Positions 1 to 10,553 of a DNA stretch of 64,000 nt are shown here, one piece after another. Origin of the DNA: an uncultured Deinococcaceae bacterium (GTDB lineage: Bacteria > Deinococcota > Deinococci > Deinococcales > Deinococcaceae); contig CAXULY010000008.1 of the NCBI GenBank assembly GCA_964252075.1, forward strand, positions 96,001 to 160,000, read 5' to 3'. A program made the position numbers and the translations under genes. Within the stretch, counting starts at the first letter, position 1; each line of letters begins with the position of its first letter. The notes beneath the pieces were generated by a model that was not told the origin of the DNA, searched no databases, and was given only the letters and a program-made list of their open reading frames with translations.

Positions 1-877
1 CGATCACGATCAGGTTGCTGCCCGTGCGCGGCGTCGGGATGAACGCCGCCTCGCCGGGGCGCGGCTGCACCTCCGCCAGCGCCCGCAGGGCCAGCCGCAT
101 GACTTCCGGCGTGCGTCCCGTCGGCGTCGCGCCCGCCGCCGTGCTGACACTCACCGGCAGGTCCAGCGCCGCGGCCTCCTGCACGAGGCTCGACGCGAGC
201 CGCACGGCGCTCTCCACGAACACGCCCGCGCCGTTCAGGTCGAGGTGCACCGCGACGCTGCTGGCCGCCGTGCGCTCCAGCTCCCGCACCATGAGGTCCC
301 CCGTGCGCGCCGAGAGGCGCCAGTGCACGCGCCCCGGCGGGTCGCCCGGCACGTACGGGCGCGCGCCGCGCAGGCTGATGGGGTCCTCCAGGCCCAGCGT
401 GCGGCTCAGCTGCCCCTCGCTCAGCAGGGGCCGCAGCAGGTCCGGGAGGCGCAGGCCGTGCGTGCCCGGGTACACCTCGATGTGCGTGGGCACGTTCAGG
501 CTCATGCGGTGCCAGAACAACCCGAAGGGGTCCGCCCAGCGCAGCGTCGCGCCCGGAAACGTGAACACCCCCCGGCGGTTGAAGTCCGCCTCCGTCACCA
601 CCGAGAAGGTCGCCTCACCCAGCACCAGCCCCCCGACATCCGTGATGGCGTCCGGCACCACCCCGCGCGGCGCGGGGTCCTCCAGCCGCACGCGCAGCGG
701 CCAGCGCGCGCGCACCGTCACGCGCACCACCAGCGGCCCCCGCTGGCCCGCGAAGGCCTGTGCCTGCAGCTCCCGCACCAGCGTCACCTCCGGTGGGCGG
801 CGCGCGCTCCACCACGCCAGCAGCACCAGCAGCGCGGGCAGCAGCAGCCACAGCAGCTCGCGCAGCGCGCCACTCAC
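1..877 (-). CDS. DUF58 domain-containing protein (MoxR-associated); 3' end runs off the window
   Basis: My translation from GTG at 877 (GTGA overlap with the MoxR stop) gives an N-terminal TM segment, then RRGVFTF...DPFGLF and RGARPYVPGDPPGRVHWRLSARTGDLMVRE, typical of DUF58. Not in the ORF track because it has no stop in the window. Confidence 0.88.
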   Translation of the reverse strand, partial: MSGALRELLWLLLPALLVLLAWWSARRPPEVTLVRELQAQAFAGQRGPLVVRVTVRARWPLRVRLEDPAPRGVVPDAITDVGGLVLGEATFSVVTEADFNRRGVFTFPGATLRWADPFGLFWHRMSLNVPTHIEVYPGTHGLRLPDLLRPLLSEGQLSRTLGLEDPISLRGARPYVPGDPPGRVHWRLSARTGDLMVRELERTAASSVAVHLDLNGAGVFVESAVRLASSLVQEAAALDLPVSVSTAAGATPTGRTPEVMRLALRALAEVQPRPGEAAFIPTPRTGSNLIVI

Positions 878-1818
878 GCGGGCGGACCGGCCACAGGCTC
901 GGCGGGCACGGGCTCGGCGGCCAGCAGCTCCCGCACCACGTTCCCCTCGCCCACGCCGCGCAATCTGGCCTCCGTGCGCAGCAGCAGGCGGTGCCCCAGC
1001 ACGCCCGGCGCCGCGCGCTTCACGTCGTCCGGGCGCACGAACGCGCGCCCCTCCGTCCACGCGAGCGCCTGCGCCACCGCCTGCAGCGCGAGGCTCGCGC
1101 GCGGCCCCGCCCCCAGCGCCAGCGCCTCGTGCTCCCGGCTGCGCCGCGTGAGGCCCACCACGTACGCCCGCAGGGCGTCCGAGATGTGCACCGCCCGCAC
1201 CGCCGCGCGCGCCGCGAGCAGCTCCCGCGCGTCACTCACGGCCCCCAGCGCATCGATGGGGTGCTCGCCCTGCAGGAGCGCCAGCATGCGCGCCTCATCC
1301 TGCGCGTCCGGGTACCCGACCGAGAGCTTCAGCAGGAAGCGGTCCAGCTGCGCTTCCGGCAGGCGGTACGTGCCCTCGAACTCGATGGGGTTCTGCGTGG
1401 CGATCACCACGAACGGCGGCGCGAGGCGGTGCGTCACGCCGCTCTCCGTCACCTGCCCCTCCGCCATGGCCTCCAAGAGCGCGCTCTGCGTCTTCGGCGT
1501 CGCGCGGTTGATCTCGTCCGCCAGCAGGATGCCCGTGAAGATCGGGCCAGGCATGAACTCAAAGGTGCCGTCCCGGTACACGCTCACGCCCGTCACGTCG
1601 CTCGGCAGGAGGTCCGGCGTGAACTGCACGCGCCGGAAGGTCAGGCCCAGACTCGCCGCGAGGGCGCGCGCCAGCATGGTCTTCCCGGTGCCGGGCGCGT
1701 CCTCCAGCAGGATGTGCCCGCCCGCCAGGATGCCCGCCAGGGCGAGGCGCGCCACCTCCTCCTTGCCGACCAGGGCGCGAGAGACATTCGAGAGGACGCG
1801 AGCAGTGAGGTCGTTCAT
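874..1818 (-). CDS. moxR: MoxR family AAA+ ATPase
   Basis: Walker A EDAPGTGKT, RVQFTPDLLPSD, Walker B LADEINRATPKTQSALLEAM, ATQNPIEFEGTYRLPEAQLDRF. Confidence 0.95.
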   Translation of the reverse strand: MNDLTARVLSNVSRALVGKEEVARLALAGILAGGHILLEDAPGTGKTMLARALAASLGLTFRRVQFTPDLLPSDVTGVSVYRDGTFEFMPGPIFTGILLADEINRATPKTQSALLEAMAEGQVTESGVTHRLAPPFVVIATQNPIEFEGTYRLPEAQLDRFLLKLSVGYPDAQDEARMLALLQGEHPIDALGAVSDARELLAARAAVRAVHISDALRAYVVGLTRRSREHEALALGAGPRASLALQAVAQALAWTEGRAFVRPDDVKRAAPGVLGHRLLLRTEARLRGVGEGNVVRELLAAEPVPAEPVAGPPA

Positions 1819-3215
1819 GCCTTCCTTTCAGGGGCGTCGCCCGCCAGTGCGGCGCGCACGCGCGCGAGGGCCCGTTCGGCGGCCTGCGCGCCCGACTCGT
1901 CCGTCTGCGCGCCGTAGCGCACCGGTTCGTACAGGGACGTGATGAGGTCCGAGTCATTCAGGAGGTCCGGCCTCACCGCGCGCAGGCGAGCCAGGAACTC
2001 CTGCGGCGTCTCCGTCTCCGCCCGCACGAGGCCGACGCCCGCGAGCAGCGCCAGCCACTCCCGGTACGCACGCCGCACGCGGTGCTCCGCTGACGCCACG
2101 GTCGGCGCGGCCTCCGCCCGCGGCGTCAGCGCGCCCGTCCCGCCGCGCCCGCGCTGACGCCACAGCAGCACCACGCCCGCCAGCACCAGCACCACGAACA
2201 GCGCCAGACTCCCCACCGCCAACCAGCCCACGGCGGACAGAATCTGGCGCTTGGTGTGCTCGGGCAGCAGGCGCGACAGCTGATCCATCACGGCGGTCAG
2301 CAGGCTGGTCGCCGGCCGGGCCCCGTCCGCGCCCACTCCGGACGGGAGCCCGCCCGCCCCGCGCAACCCGAAGTACAGCAGGATCATGAAGAGGCCCACC
2401 AGGATGGCGGCCAGCATCACGAACTCATGCAGCCGCAGCGGCTCCTCACCGCGCCGCTTGCGCTCGCGCAGCATCATCACCACCGTGACCAGCATGAGCA
2501 CCGCCATCAGGGGCAGCGCGAACGGCATCAGCCGCTCCAGCACCACCAGGCTCAGAATCTGGTCCGATGGGTTCACGGGAGCCGCAGCCTGCCCGGTCGC
2601 CGGAGCGGCGCCCAGGCTGGGGCGCACGTTGGGCGCGCCCTGCGGCACGCGGCTGGTGGTCGCCGCCTCCGGCGCGGCGGGCCGCCGCCCGACCGATGGA
2701 GCCTGCGGGAGCGCCAGCGACACCAGCGCGAGCACCGCGACTCCCCCCGCGAGCCACAGCCACACGCGCCGCGTCGTCTGCACCTGCAGGCCCCGCTGCG
2801 CGACGTGCGCGCGCAGCAGCGCCGCCCCCACCAGACCGACCAGCGCGAGCGGCGTGGGCGCCAGCGCGAACGCCACCACGAGCGCCACGAGGCCCACCCA
2901 CGCTCCCTGGTCATCCAGCTGCGCGAGGGACAGCGCCGCCGCGAGGCCCGCCAGCGCCACCTGCGCGTACACCGCGGACGCGCCCAGCAGGTCCGGCACC
3001 AGCCGCCCCACGGGCAGCAGCGCCAGCAGCACCGCCGGTGCGAACACCGTGATGCGCCTGCGCGGCTCCAGCGCCCACCAGCCCATCACCACCGCCCACA
3101 CCGGCACCATCCACAGGGGCGCGTGGCCCGACACGGCGCACGCGGCGAGCAGGGCCCCCAGCGGCGCCACCCACGCGGTGCCCGGACGGGCGGCCTGCGG
3201 CACGGGAAATGACAT
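1815..3215 (-). CDS. Multi-pass membrane protein with C-terminal DUF4129 domain
   Basis: Many TM segments; C-terminal VRRAYREWL...AETETPQEFLARL...ITSLYEPVRYG is DUF4129-like. Start placed at ATG 3215, 7 nt after a TATGCT box. ATGA overlap with moxR. Confidence 0.8.
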   Translation of the reverse strand: MSFPVPQAARPGTAWVAPLGALLAACAVSGHAPLWMVPVWAVVMGWWALEPRRRITVFAPAVLLALLPVGRLVPDLLGASAVYAQVALAGLAAALSLAQLDDQGAWVGLVALVVAFALAPTPLALVGLVGAALLRAHVAQRGLQVQTTRRVWLWLAGGVAVLALVSLALPQAPSVGRRPAAPEAATTSRVPQGAPNVRPSLGAAPATGQAAAPVNPSDQILSLVVLERLMPFALPLMAVLMLVTVVMMLRERKRRGEEPLRLHEFVMLAAILVGLFMILLYFGLRGAGGLPSGVGADGARPATSLLTAVMDQLSRLLPEHTKRQILSAVGWLAVGSLALFVVLVLAGVVLLWRQRGRGGTGALTPRAEAAPTVASAEHRVRRAYREWLALLAGVGLVRAETETPQEFLARLRAVRPDLLNDSDLITSLYEPVRYGAQTDESGAQAAERALARVRAALAGDAPERKA

Positions 3216-3328
3216 TCCCCGCAGCATAAACCGCTCGTTTTGATGGCGGGTCAGTGGCGCATGCTGTTTCCCTGAAAGTGACAGGCCCAGGCGACCGCTG
3301 CGACGTTCAGCGGACGCCACGGTTGGCG

Positions 3329-4186
3329 TCAGGCGTCGCCGACCATCTCCTCACTCACCGCCCACAACCGTGCCGCCGCCGCGTCATCCAGGGCGCGCGG
3401 GCTGGGCTGCACCTCACGCTCCTTCGTGAAGTACCGGCCCGTCACGCCCTCCACCAGCGGGCTCGACGCCAGGAAGATGCTCGTGCGCGCGCCCTCCTCA
3501 TCCGAGATCGCCAGCGGCCGCATGAGGTTCAGGGCGCCCGTCATCCAGCCGCCGTTGTTGTGCCCGAAGCCCGTGCTCACGAAGCCCGGGTGCAGGGCGT
3601 TCGCGGTGACGCCCGTGCCGCGCAGGCGCCGCGCCAGCTCACGCGTGAACACGATGTTCGCCAGTTTGCTCTGGCTGTACGCCTGGAAGGCGCGGTACCC
3701 CGCCTTGAACTCCAGGTCCGGCCAGTTCAGGCGCCCCCCCTCGTGCGCGCCGCTGCTCACGTTCACCACGCGCGCGCCCGGTCCGGCGCGCAGCGCACCC
3801 AGCAGCTCGCGCGTGAGCAGGAAGTACGCGAGGTGATTCAGCGCCCACGTCATCTCAATGCCGTCCACGCTCTCCTGCCGCGGGCTGAACACCCCGCCCG
3901 CGTTGTTCACGAGGATGTGCAGCTGCGGGTGCCCCGCCCGGAATTCCGCGGCGGCCCGCCGCACCTCCGCCTGCTCGCTGAGGTCCGCCAAGATGAACGC
4001 CACGCCAAGCTCGTCCGCCACCGCGCGCGTCTTCTCCGCGTTGCGGCCCACGATGGTCACCGCGGCGCCCTTACGCGCCAGCTCGCGCGCCGTCACCTTC
4101 CCGATGCCGTTCGTGCCGCCCGTCACGAGGGCCACCCTGCCGCTGAGCGGAAGGGCCCCACCGCCAGTGCCACTGAAGTCTGCCAT
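3329..4186 (-). CDS. SDR family oxidoreductase (retinol dehydrogenase-like)
   Basis: TGGTNGIG, NNAG, YSQSK, LHPGFV motifs; leaderless-type start, TATGCT 7 nt upstream of ATG 4186. Confidence 0.92.
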   Translation of the reverse strand: MADFSGTGGGALPLSGRVALVTGGTNGIGKVTARELARKGAAVTIVGRNAEKTRAVADELGVAFILADLSEQAEVRRAAAEFRAGHPQLHILVNNAGGVFSPRQESVDGIEMTWALNHLAYFLLTRELLGALRAGPGARVVNVSSGAHEGGRLNWPDLEFKAGYRAFQAYSQSKLANIVFTRELARRLRGTGVTANALHPGFVSTGFGHNNGGWMTGALNLMRPLAISDEEGARTSIFLASSPLVEGVTGRYFTKEREVQPSPRALDDAAAARLWAVSEEMVGDA

Positions 4187-4382
4187 GCGGACCAGCATAC
4201 GGCGCGCCCCCCACCACCGTCGGTCACGCGGCACGCACAACGCACAAGAAAAGGGAGAAGTCCACTGGGGACTTCCCCCTGCGCGCGGAGCCACTCGCCC
4301 GCCTGTGTTGTGCGCTTGACCCCAGTGTGCACCGCGCGTGTCAGGATCAGGTGACCCGCGGCTCAAGGCCGCATTTAGACAC

Positions 4383-5669
4383 TCAGCGCCGCGCGCCCAG
4401 CGCCTGCACCGCCCGCGCCACCACCGGATCGCTGTCCGCGGGACGCGACGCGCCCAGCGGCTGCGTGATGTCCGGCACCACGCCCGTCGCGCCCAGACGC
4501 TTGCCGCTCAGCAGGAACACATCCACGTCCGTCAGGTGCACGCGCGCCCCGAACGGCAGGTCCACCGGCACGTAATTGCTCGTGAGTTTCGCCGTGCCCT
4601 GCCCCAACACCAGCGCGCCACGCGACTGCTGCAGGATGGCGCTCGTGATCTCACCCATGCTCGCCGTCCCCGGACCCACCAGCACCGCCAGCGGCACCCC
4701 CGCCAGTTTCGGTGCGAGCGCCCCCGCGCTGATCACGATGGGGTCCTTGTGCCCCTGGCGGTCCACGCGCGTGCCCTGACGCCCCTGCACAAACGACCCC
4801 AGGAAGCGCTCGCCCTCATCCACGAACCCCCCACCATTCAGGCGCAGGTCAATGATGAGCGCCCGCAACGGCGGCCCCTGCAGGAGCGCCCGCAGCTTCT
4901 CCTGCACGGTGCCCGAAATGCCCGTCAGGAAGAAACTGTCGAACCGCAGGTACCCCACGCCTGGGTCCGCCGCGAGGCGCTGCGCGGTCACCGTGACGGG
5001 CGGCAGGCTCACCTGCGCGCGCACCACCGTGACGTTACGCGCCGCGCCATTCGCGCGGCGCAACGTCAGCGTCACGGACGACCCCACCGCCCCACGAATC
5101 TGATCCGTCGACGGGCAGTCCTGACCATTCACCCGCTCAATCACGTCCCCCGTCGAGATGCCTGCGCGCTCCGCCGGCGCCCCCGGGAACACCTGCGACA
5201 CCGTCAGCGCCCCATCCCCCTCCGCGAGCGTCATGCCCACCCCACCGTACGGCGCCGCCTCGCCCCGCGCCTGACGGTCCTCCAGCTGCGCCTCGCGCGG
5301 CGACAGGAACGCAAAATGCCCATCATTCACGCGGTTCACGAGGCTCCGGAGCTCCGCGTAGAACACCGCGTCACTCGGCGCGGCCAGCGCGCGCCGCCGC
5401 GTCACCTCCGCCTGCGTCTTCCAGTCGAACCCCCCGAACGTCGGGTCGAGGTACCGCGACTGCACATCCCCAAAGAACGCGTTCATCAACTGCGTGCGCT
5501 GCGCGTCCGAGAGCACCCGGTTCTGCGGATCATCCGAGGACGGCACCACGCGCGCCTGACAGACCAGCGCGGACGCCGGCGGCGCCTTCACGGGCGCGGT
5601 CTGCGCCCAGGCGGTAACCGAGAAGAAGGCGGCCAGCAACAGCGGGCGCCGCAACGAGCGGTGAGGCAT
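4383..5669 (-). CDS. S41 family C-terminal processing peptidase with PDZ domain, secreted
   Basis: Signal peptide (TAWA-Q), PDZ (YGGVG...GAPAERAGI..GDVI..VNG), DLRLNGGG, TASMGE catalytic Ser region, GVVPDI. Confidence 0.88.
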   Translation of the reverse strand: MPHRSLRRPLLLAAFFSVTAWAQTAPVKAPPASALVCQARVVPSSDDPQNRVLSDAQRTQLMNAFFGDVQSRYLDPTFGGFDWKTQAEVTRRRALAAPSDAVFYAELRSLVNRVNDGHFAFLSPREAQLEDRQARGEAAPYGGVGMTLAEGDGALTVSQVFPGAPAERAGISTGDVIERVNGQDCPSTDQIRGAVGSSVTLTLRRANGAARNVTVVRAQVSLPPVTVTAQRLAADPGVGYLRFDSFFLTGISGTVQEKLRALLQGPPLRALIIDLRLNGGGFVDEGERFLGSFVQGRQGTRVDRQGHKDPIVISAGALAPKLAGVPLAVLVGPGTASMGEITSAILQQSRGALVLGQGTAKLTSNYVPVDLPFGARVHLTDVDVFLLSGKRLGATGVVPDITQPLGASRPADSDPVVARAVQALGARR

Positions 5670-5740
5670 ACCCCCAGTATGGCGGCGCGCCCCACCCCCA
5701 TGCGTGACCCACCTTCCAGCCGCGCGCCGCCCCACCCCCC

Positions 5741-6784
5741 TCAACTCAAGGCCAGCAACTCCTCCTCAAGACCCACCGGGCGCCGCTCCTGCGCCGACCG
5801 GATGGACGCCAGCGTGAGCGCCAGACTCCGCAGGTTGTCCTCCCCGGAACTCACGGGCGCCTCGCCCGACCACACTGCCCGCACGAACGCCGACACCGCC
5901 CCCGCCCGGTCCAACTGCGCCACCCCCGGCAGATCCAGCACCTCCGGCGCGCCACCCAACGCCCGCCACACCACGCGGTCCGGCGGCGGGCTCTCCCGAC
6001 TCGTCCACGCCAGCTCACCCAGCGCGGCATCCATGCGCCACTCACCCGCCCACGGCGTCACGGGACCGGAACTCGCCCAGCTGCCCCGGTAACTCACGAC
6101 GGCGCCCCCCTCAAACTCAATGGTCGCCGCCGCGCTCGCCGGATCACGGAACGGACTCCACGGCGGGTTGAACGCATGGCACTCCACCGACACCGGCTCC
6201 CGCCCCAGCACGAAGCGCATCAGGTCGAAATGATGAATCGCCATGTCCATCAGGAGCGGCTGCGCCAGCAGGTGATGCGCCGTCGCGGGCGGCACCATGC
6301 GCGCGTTGTCCCGCCGGAAATCCACCTCCACCACCCCCACCGCCCCCAGCGCGCCCTCCCGCACCAGCCGCGCCGCCAGCTGCGGCGCCGGATGAAAGCG
6401 GTAATTCTGACTCACCATCACGGTCAGCTTCCGCTCCGCCGCGACCCGCACCACCTCCCGCGCCTCCGCGATCGTCGGCGCGAACGGCTTCTCCACCAGC
6501 ACCGGCAGACCCGCCCCCAGCGCCGCCAGACACACCGGCGCGTGCGCCAAGGCGCCCGTCGTCACCAGCGCCGCATCCGCGTCCGCCGCGCCCAGCGCGT
6601 CCGCGAGGGACGCGAAGCAGCGCTCAGGCGGCGCGCCCCGCTCCACCGCGAGGCGCAGTGCCTCCGGATTCGCATCCACGAACGCCACCGTCGTGGCATC
6701 CGGATGCAGCCGCACGACCTGCATCCAATCGCGGCCCCAGCCGCCCAGGCCGACCTGAATGAAACGAAGAGGTTGCGTGGTCAC
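5741..6784 (-). CDS. Gfo/Idh/MocA family oxidoreductase
   Basis: GLGGWG, VLVEKPFA, QNYRFHP, DMAIHHFD; GTG start 6 nt after TACACT. Confidence 0.92.
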   Translation of the reverse strand: MTTQPLRFIQVGLGGWGRDWMQVVRLHPDATTVAFVDANPEALRLAVERGAPPERCFASLADALGAADADAALVTTGALAHAPVCLAALGAGLPVLVEKPFAPTIAEAREVVRVAAERKLTVMVSQNYRFHPAPQLAARLVREGALGAVGVVEVDFRRDNARMVPPATAHHLLAQPLLMDMAIHHFDLMRFVLGREPVSVECHAFNPPWSPFRDPASAAATIEFEGGAVVSYRGSWASSGPVTPWAGEWRMDAALGELAWTSRESPPPDRVVWRALGGAPEVLDLPGVAQLDRAGAVSAFVRAVWSGEAPVSSGEDNLRSLALTLASIRSAQERRPVGLEEELLALS

Positions 6785-6857
6785 GGGAGGAGTGTACGGC
6801 GGGGGAGGGGCGAGCTGAAAGGCTTCACCGGGGTGGGGCCGGGCTTCATGGTGCGGG

Positions 6858-7095
6858 GAGCCCCCACCCCCCGGCCCCCCTACCCCCAGAGGGGGCAGGG
6901 GGGAGCGGCGCTGCGCTGAGCATGGGTGGCCGGAGAGGTGCCTGAGTTGTTCCTGGTCTTTCAGCGCCGACCCTGGTCGCTTGGCGCTTCGCTGTACGGA
7001 AAGCGCCGCTGGGTATTTGCTGGCATGTTCTCTGCGTGTAGGCCCTCGCTCGGCTCGGGCTTGCTGCATGTCGGGGAAAGGTGGGAGGTGGGCCT
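6858..7095. repeat. Putative small non-coding palindromic (REP/SNR-like) element
   Basis: G/C-run hairpin CCCCCCTACCCCC-AGA-GGGGGCAGGGGGG (6875-6903) plus nested hairpins in a 330-bp non-coding gap. Only one copy in this window. Confidence 0.45.
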
Positions 7096-7116
7096 GTTCC
7101 TGCCCTCTACCTTCTC

Positions 7117-9453
7117 CTAAATCACTTCGCGAAAAGCCACCTGGGCGCTTCTCGCCTGTAGTTCGGCCCTTAGGTACGCGAGGCGCGGGTGCTCCAGCGC
7201 GGGGTCGTGCGCGAGGATGTGCTTGGCGAGTTCACGCGCCTGCTCGATGATCTCCACGTCGTTCACGATGTCGCCCAGCCGCAGGTCCGGGATGCCGGAC
7301 TGTCTTGTGCCGCGAATCTCGCCGGGGCCGCGCAGCTTCAGGTCCGCCTCCGCGATCACGAAGCCGTCCGTGCTGCCCTCAATGATCTTCAGGCGCTCGC
7401 GGGTCTTCTTGCTGTGCTCGCCCGCCACCAGCACGCAGTAACTCTGCGCGCTCCCGCGCCCCACCCGCCCGCGCAGCTGGTGCAGCTGCGACAGGCCGAA
7501 GCGCTCGGCGTTCTCGATCACCATGACGGTCGCGTTCGGCACGTCCACGCCCACTTCGATCACGGTGGTGGACACCAGCAGGTCGAACTCCCGCGCGCGG
7601 AAGCGCTCCATCACGTCGTCCTTCTCGGCGGCACTCATGCGCCCGTGCAGGAGGCCCAGGCGCGCGTCCGGCAAGATCACGCGCAGGTCGTCCGCGAGTT
7701 GCGTGGCGGCCAGCAGCTCCAGATTCTCGTTGTCCTCGATGAGCGCCGTGACCACGTACGCTTGGCGTCCCTCGCGGATCTGGCGCATCACGAAGCCGTA
7801 GGCCTGCTTGCGGTGCGTGTCCTGAATGAGTTTCGTCTCGATGGGCGTGCGGCCCGGCGGCAGCTCGTCAATGATGCTGAGTTCGAGGTCGCCGTACGCG
7901 GTGAGCGCCAGCGAGCGCGGGATGGGCGTGGCGCTCATGACCAGCACGTCCGGGCGCCCCGCGAGGAGCTTGCGGCGCTGCATGACGCCGAAGCGATGCT
8001 CCTCGTCCACCACGGCGAGGCCCAGGTTGTTCCAGCGCACCGCCTCCTGAATGAGCGCCTGCGTGCCCACCACCACGTCCACGTCCCCGCTCGCGATGGC
8101 GGCCTGCATCTCCGCCTTCTGCTTCGGCGTCATCGCGCCGATCAGCAGGCCCACCCGCACGCCCAGCGGGAACAGGTAGTTCGTGAGGTTCTTGAAGTGC
8201 TGCCGCGCCAGGATCTCCGTGGGGGCCATCAGGGCCCCCTGGTAGCCGTCCCTGAACGCCAGGTACAGGGCGCACGCCGCGACGGCGGTCTTCCCGCTGC
8301 CCACGTCGCCCTGCACGAGGCGCGCCATCTGGCGTTCGTTGCGCATGTCGTCCGCGACTTCCAGCAGCACGCGCCGCTGCGCGTTCGTGAAGCGAAACGG
8401 CAGGCTCCCCTCGAAGTCGTGCATGTCCTGCTCCGTCGCGGTGAAGCGCTTGCCGAGCAGCACGCCCTCGTCGCCCTGCAGCAGCATGCGGAGTTCCAGG
8501 AACAGGTACTCGTCGAAGCGCAATCGGATGTTCGCGCGCTCCAGCTGCGCCTCGTCGCGCGGGAAGTGCATCCCCCACAGCGCGTCGTCGAGGTCCGTGA
8601 GGCCGTACTTCGCGCGCCAGTGCCCCGGCAGGTAATCGCCGGGCTGCAGGTGCTTGAGGCCCGTGTGCGCGCCGCGCCGCAGGAACTCCTGCGAGATGCC
8701 TTCCTTGCTGTCGTACACGCCCACGATGCGGCCCGACGAGAGGCTCTCGCCCGCCGCGCCGTCCAGCGTCTCCATGTGCTCCACACCCACCTGCGCGGTG
8801 CGCCCGAAGCGCTTCACGCGGCCCGTCACGATGATGCGCGCGCCCTCGCGCAGCCCGCGCTCCACCCACGCCTGGTTGAACCACGTGCACTTCACGCGCT
8901 GCCCGTGCGCGTTCTCGACGGTTGCCTCCAGGATCAGCATGCCGGGCTTGGGGCTGCGGCGGTTCTTGCTGACGATCACGCCCTCCACCGTCACGCGCGT
9001 GCCCTCCTCCACGTCCGTGAGGTTCGGCAGGGCGCGGCGGTCCTCGTGGCGGCGCGGGTACGCGTGCAGCACGTCCCGCAGGGAGTACAGCCCAAGCGCG
9101 TGCAGTTTCTTCGCGGCGCCCGGCCCGAGGTCCAGGCGCTCCACGGGCGCGTCCGGCGCGAGCTGCTCGTTCGGCGCGGCTTTCGGGGTCTCCACGCGAC
9201 CCGGCGCCTTTCGTGGGATGGGCCTGTCCTCGCCACTCAGCAGGCTCAGCGCGCGGCGCAGGCTCTCCTCGCGCTCGCCCGCATCCATGTCGGCGTACCC
9301 GCGCAGCGCCTCGCGCACCTTCGGGAAGGGCCGCGCGAGGTTGTCCAGCAGGCGCTCCATGCCGCCCGCCACCACGCGGTTCTGACAGCCGGAGGCGAGC
9401 TCCACCTCCAGCGGCCGCCGCAACTTGCCCTGCAGTTCCTGCACCGTTGCCAT
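7117..9453 (-). CDS. recG: ATP-dependent DNA helicase RecG
   Basis: OB wedge domain, [58 protein letters not shown]. Confidence 0.97.
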   Translation of the reverse strand: MATVQELQGKLRRPLEVELASGCQNRVVAGGMERLLDNLARPFPKVREALRGYADMDAGEREESLRRALSLLSGEDRPIPRKAPGRVETPKAAPNEQLAPDAPVERLDLGPGAAKKLHALGLYSLRDVLHAYPRRHEDRRALPNLTDVEEGTRVTVEGVIVSKNRRSPKPGMLILEATVENAHGQRVKCTWFNQAWVERGLREGARIIVTGRVKRFGRTAQVGVEHMETLDGAAGESLSSGRIVGVYDSKEGISQEFLRRGAHTGLKHLQPGDYLPGHWRAKYGLTDLDDALWGMHFPRDEAQLERANIRLRFDEYLFLELRMLLQGDEGVLLGKRFTATEQDMHDFEGSLPFRFTNAQRRVLLEVADDMRNERQMARLVQGDVGSGKTAVAACALYLAFRDGYQGALMAPTEILARQHFKNLTNYLFPLGVRVGLLIGAMTPKQKAEMQAAIASGDVDVVVGTQALIQEAVRWNNLGLAVVDEEHRFGVMQRRKLLAGRPDVLVMSATPIPRSLALTAYGDLELSIIDELPPGRTPIETKLIQDTHRKQAYGFVMRQIREGRQAYVVTALIEDNENLELLAATQLADDLRVILPDARLGLLHGRMSAAEKDDVMERFRAREFDLLVSTTVIEVGVDVPNATVMVIENAERFGLSQLHQLRGRVGRGSAQSYCVLVAGEHSKKTRERLKIIEGSTDGFVIAEADLKLRGPGEIRGTRQSGIPDLRLGDIVNDVEIIEQARELAKHILAHDPALEHPRLAYLRAELQARSAQVAFREVI

Positions 9454-9559
9454 TCGGGTTTCAGGCTAGCAGAGGGCTGTGGGAAGCGCCGTGAGCGAGG
9501 TGGCGGAAGGAGAAGCGCTGGGGTGCGTCGTGCACCCCAGCGCTTGAAAGCCTTGCCCC

Positions 9560-10477
9560 TTACGGCCTGAAGCCCAGCAGATACGCCACCAGCAGCGTCC
9601 CGATGCCCGTCACCAGCCAGAAACGCAGCGTGACCTGCGTCTCCGGCCAGCCGCTCAGCTCGAAGTGATGCTGGATGGGCGTCATCTTGAACAGGCGCTT
9701 GCCGCCCGTGCGGCGGAAGTACAGGATCTGCAGGCCCACACTCACCACCGCCGCGACCGGGATGATCGCCGCGATGGGCAGCAGCCACACGTCCGCATGC
9801 AGCACGTAGGCCCCAGCGACCAGCGCGCCGATGGCGTGCGAGCCCATGTCACCCATGAACACGCGCGCCTTGTGCCCGTTGAACCACAGGAAACCCAGCA
9901 GCGCCCCCACCAGCAGCGCGCTGAGCGGCGAGAGGCCCAGCAGGGGCAGCAACACGATGATGCTCAGGCCCGCCAGCAGGCCGTCAATGCCGTCCGCGAA
10001 GTTGAAGGCGTTCACGGCGGCAACCATCGCGAGCGTCACCACGATGATGTCCCCCACCCGCCCGAAGCTCGGCACGAGATCGTGACTCATGAGGGGCTGC
10101 GCGAAGATCGCGAAGAGCAGCGCCACCAGGAACTGCAGCGGGAACTTCTCGCGCGCCATCAGCTCCTTGCGGCCGCGCCCCACCGTGCGCGAGCGGATCT
10201 TCAGCACGTCGTCGATGAGGCCGATGACGCCCATGCCGAGCGCGGCGAGCAGCGTCAGCAGTTCCGGGCGTCCGCCGCCCGCGCCGCGCCACTCCAGCAC
10301 CAGCCACACGAGCGCCACGGCGATCACGAAGCCGATGCCGCCGCCCGTCGGGGTGCCCGCCTTGCTGAGGTGGCTCTGCGGCCCGTCCTGCCGGATGGGT
10401 TGCCCCCACCCGTAACGGCGCGAGAGCGTGATGAACAGGCCCACCAGGAACCACGAGACGATCAGGCTGGCGATCAA
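9560..10477 (-). CDS. mraY: Phospho-N-acetylmuramoyl-pentapeptide transferase MraY
   Basis: [52 protein letters not shown] start at 10477 after GGAG (start uncertain). Confidence 0.93.
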   Translation of the reverse strand: MIASLIVSWFLVGLFITLSRRYGWGQPIRQDGPQSHLSKAGTPTGGGIGFVIAVALVWLVLEWRGAGGGRPELLTLLAALGMGVIGLIDDVLKIRSRTVGRGRKELMAREKFPLQFLVALLFAIFAQPLMSHDLVPSFGRVGDIIVVTLAMVAAVNAFNFADGIDGLLAGLSIIVLLPLLGLSPLSALLVGALLGFLWFNGHKARVFMGDMGSHAIGALVAGAYVLHADVWLLPIAAIIPVAAVVSVGLQILYFRRTGGKRLFKMTPIQHHFELSGWPETQVTLRFWLVTGIGTLLVAYLLGFRP

Positions 10478-10553
10478 GCGGAGGCTCCCGGGCGTGCATT
10501 GGCGGCGTTCATGGCGAGCGCACCATACCACGAGCGGGCCGGCGCTGGACGGG

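Noticed and set aside
9454..9559. Radiation/desiccation response motif (RDRM) upstream of recG; also checked upstream of mug
   Set aside because: No 17-bp TTAYGY...RCRTAA-like palindrome visible at either site
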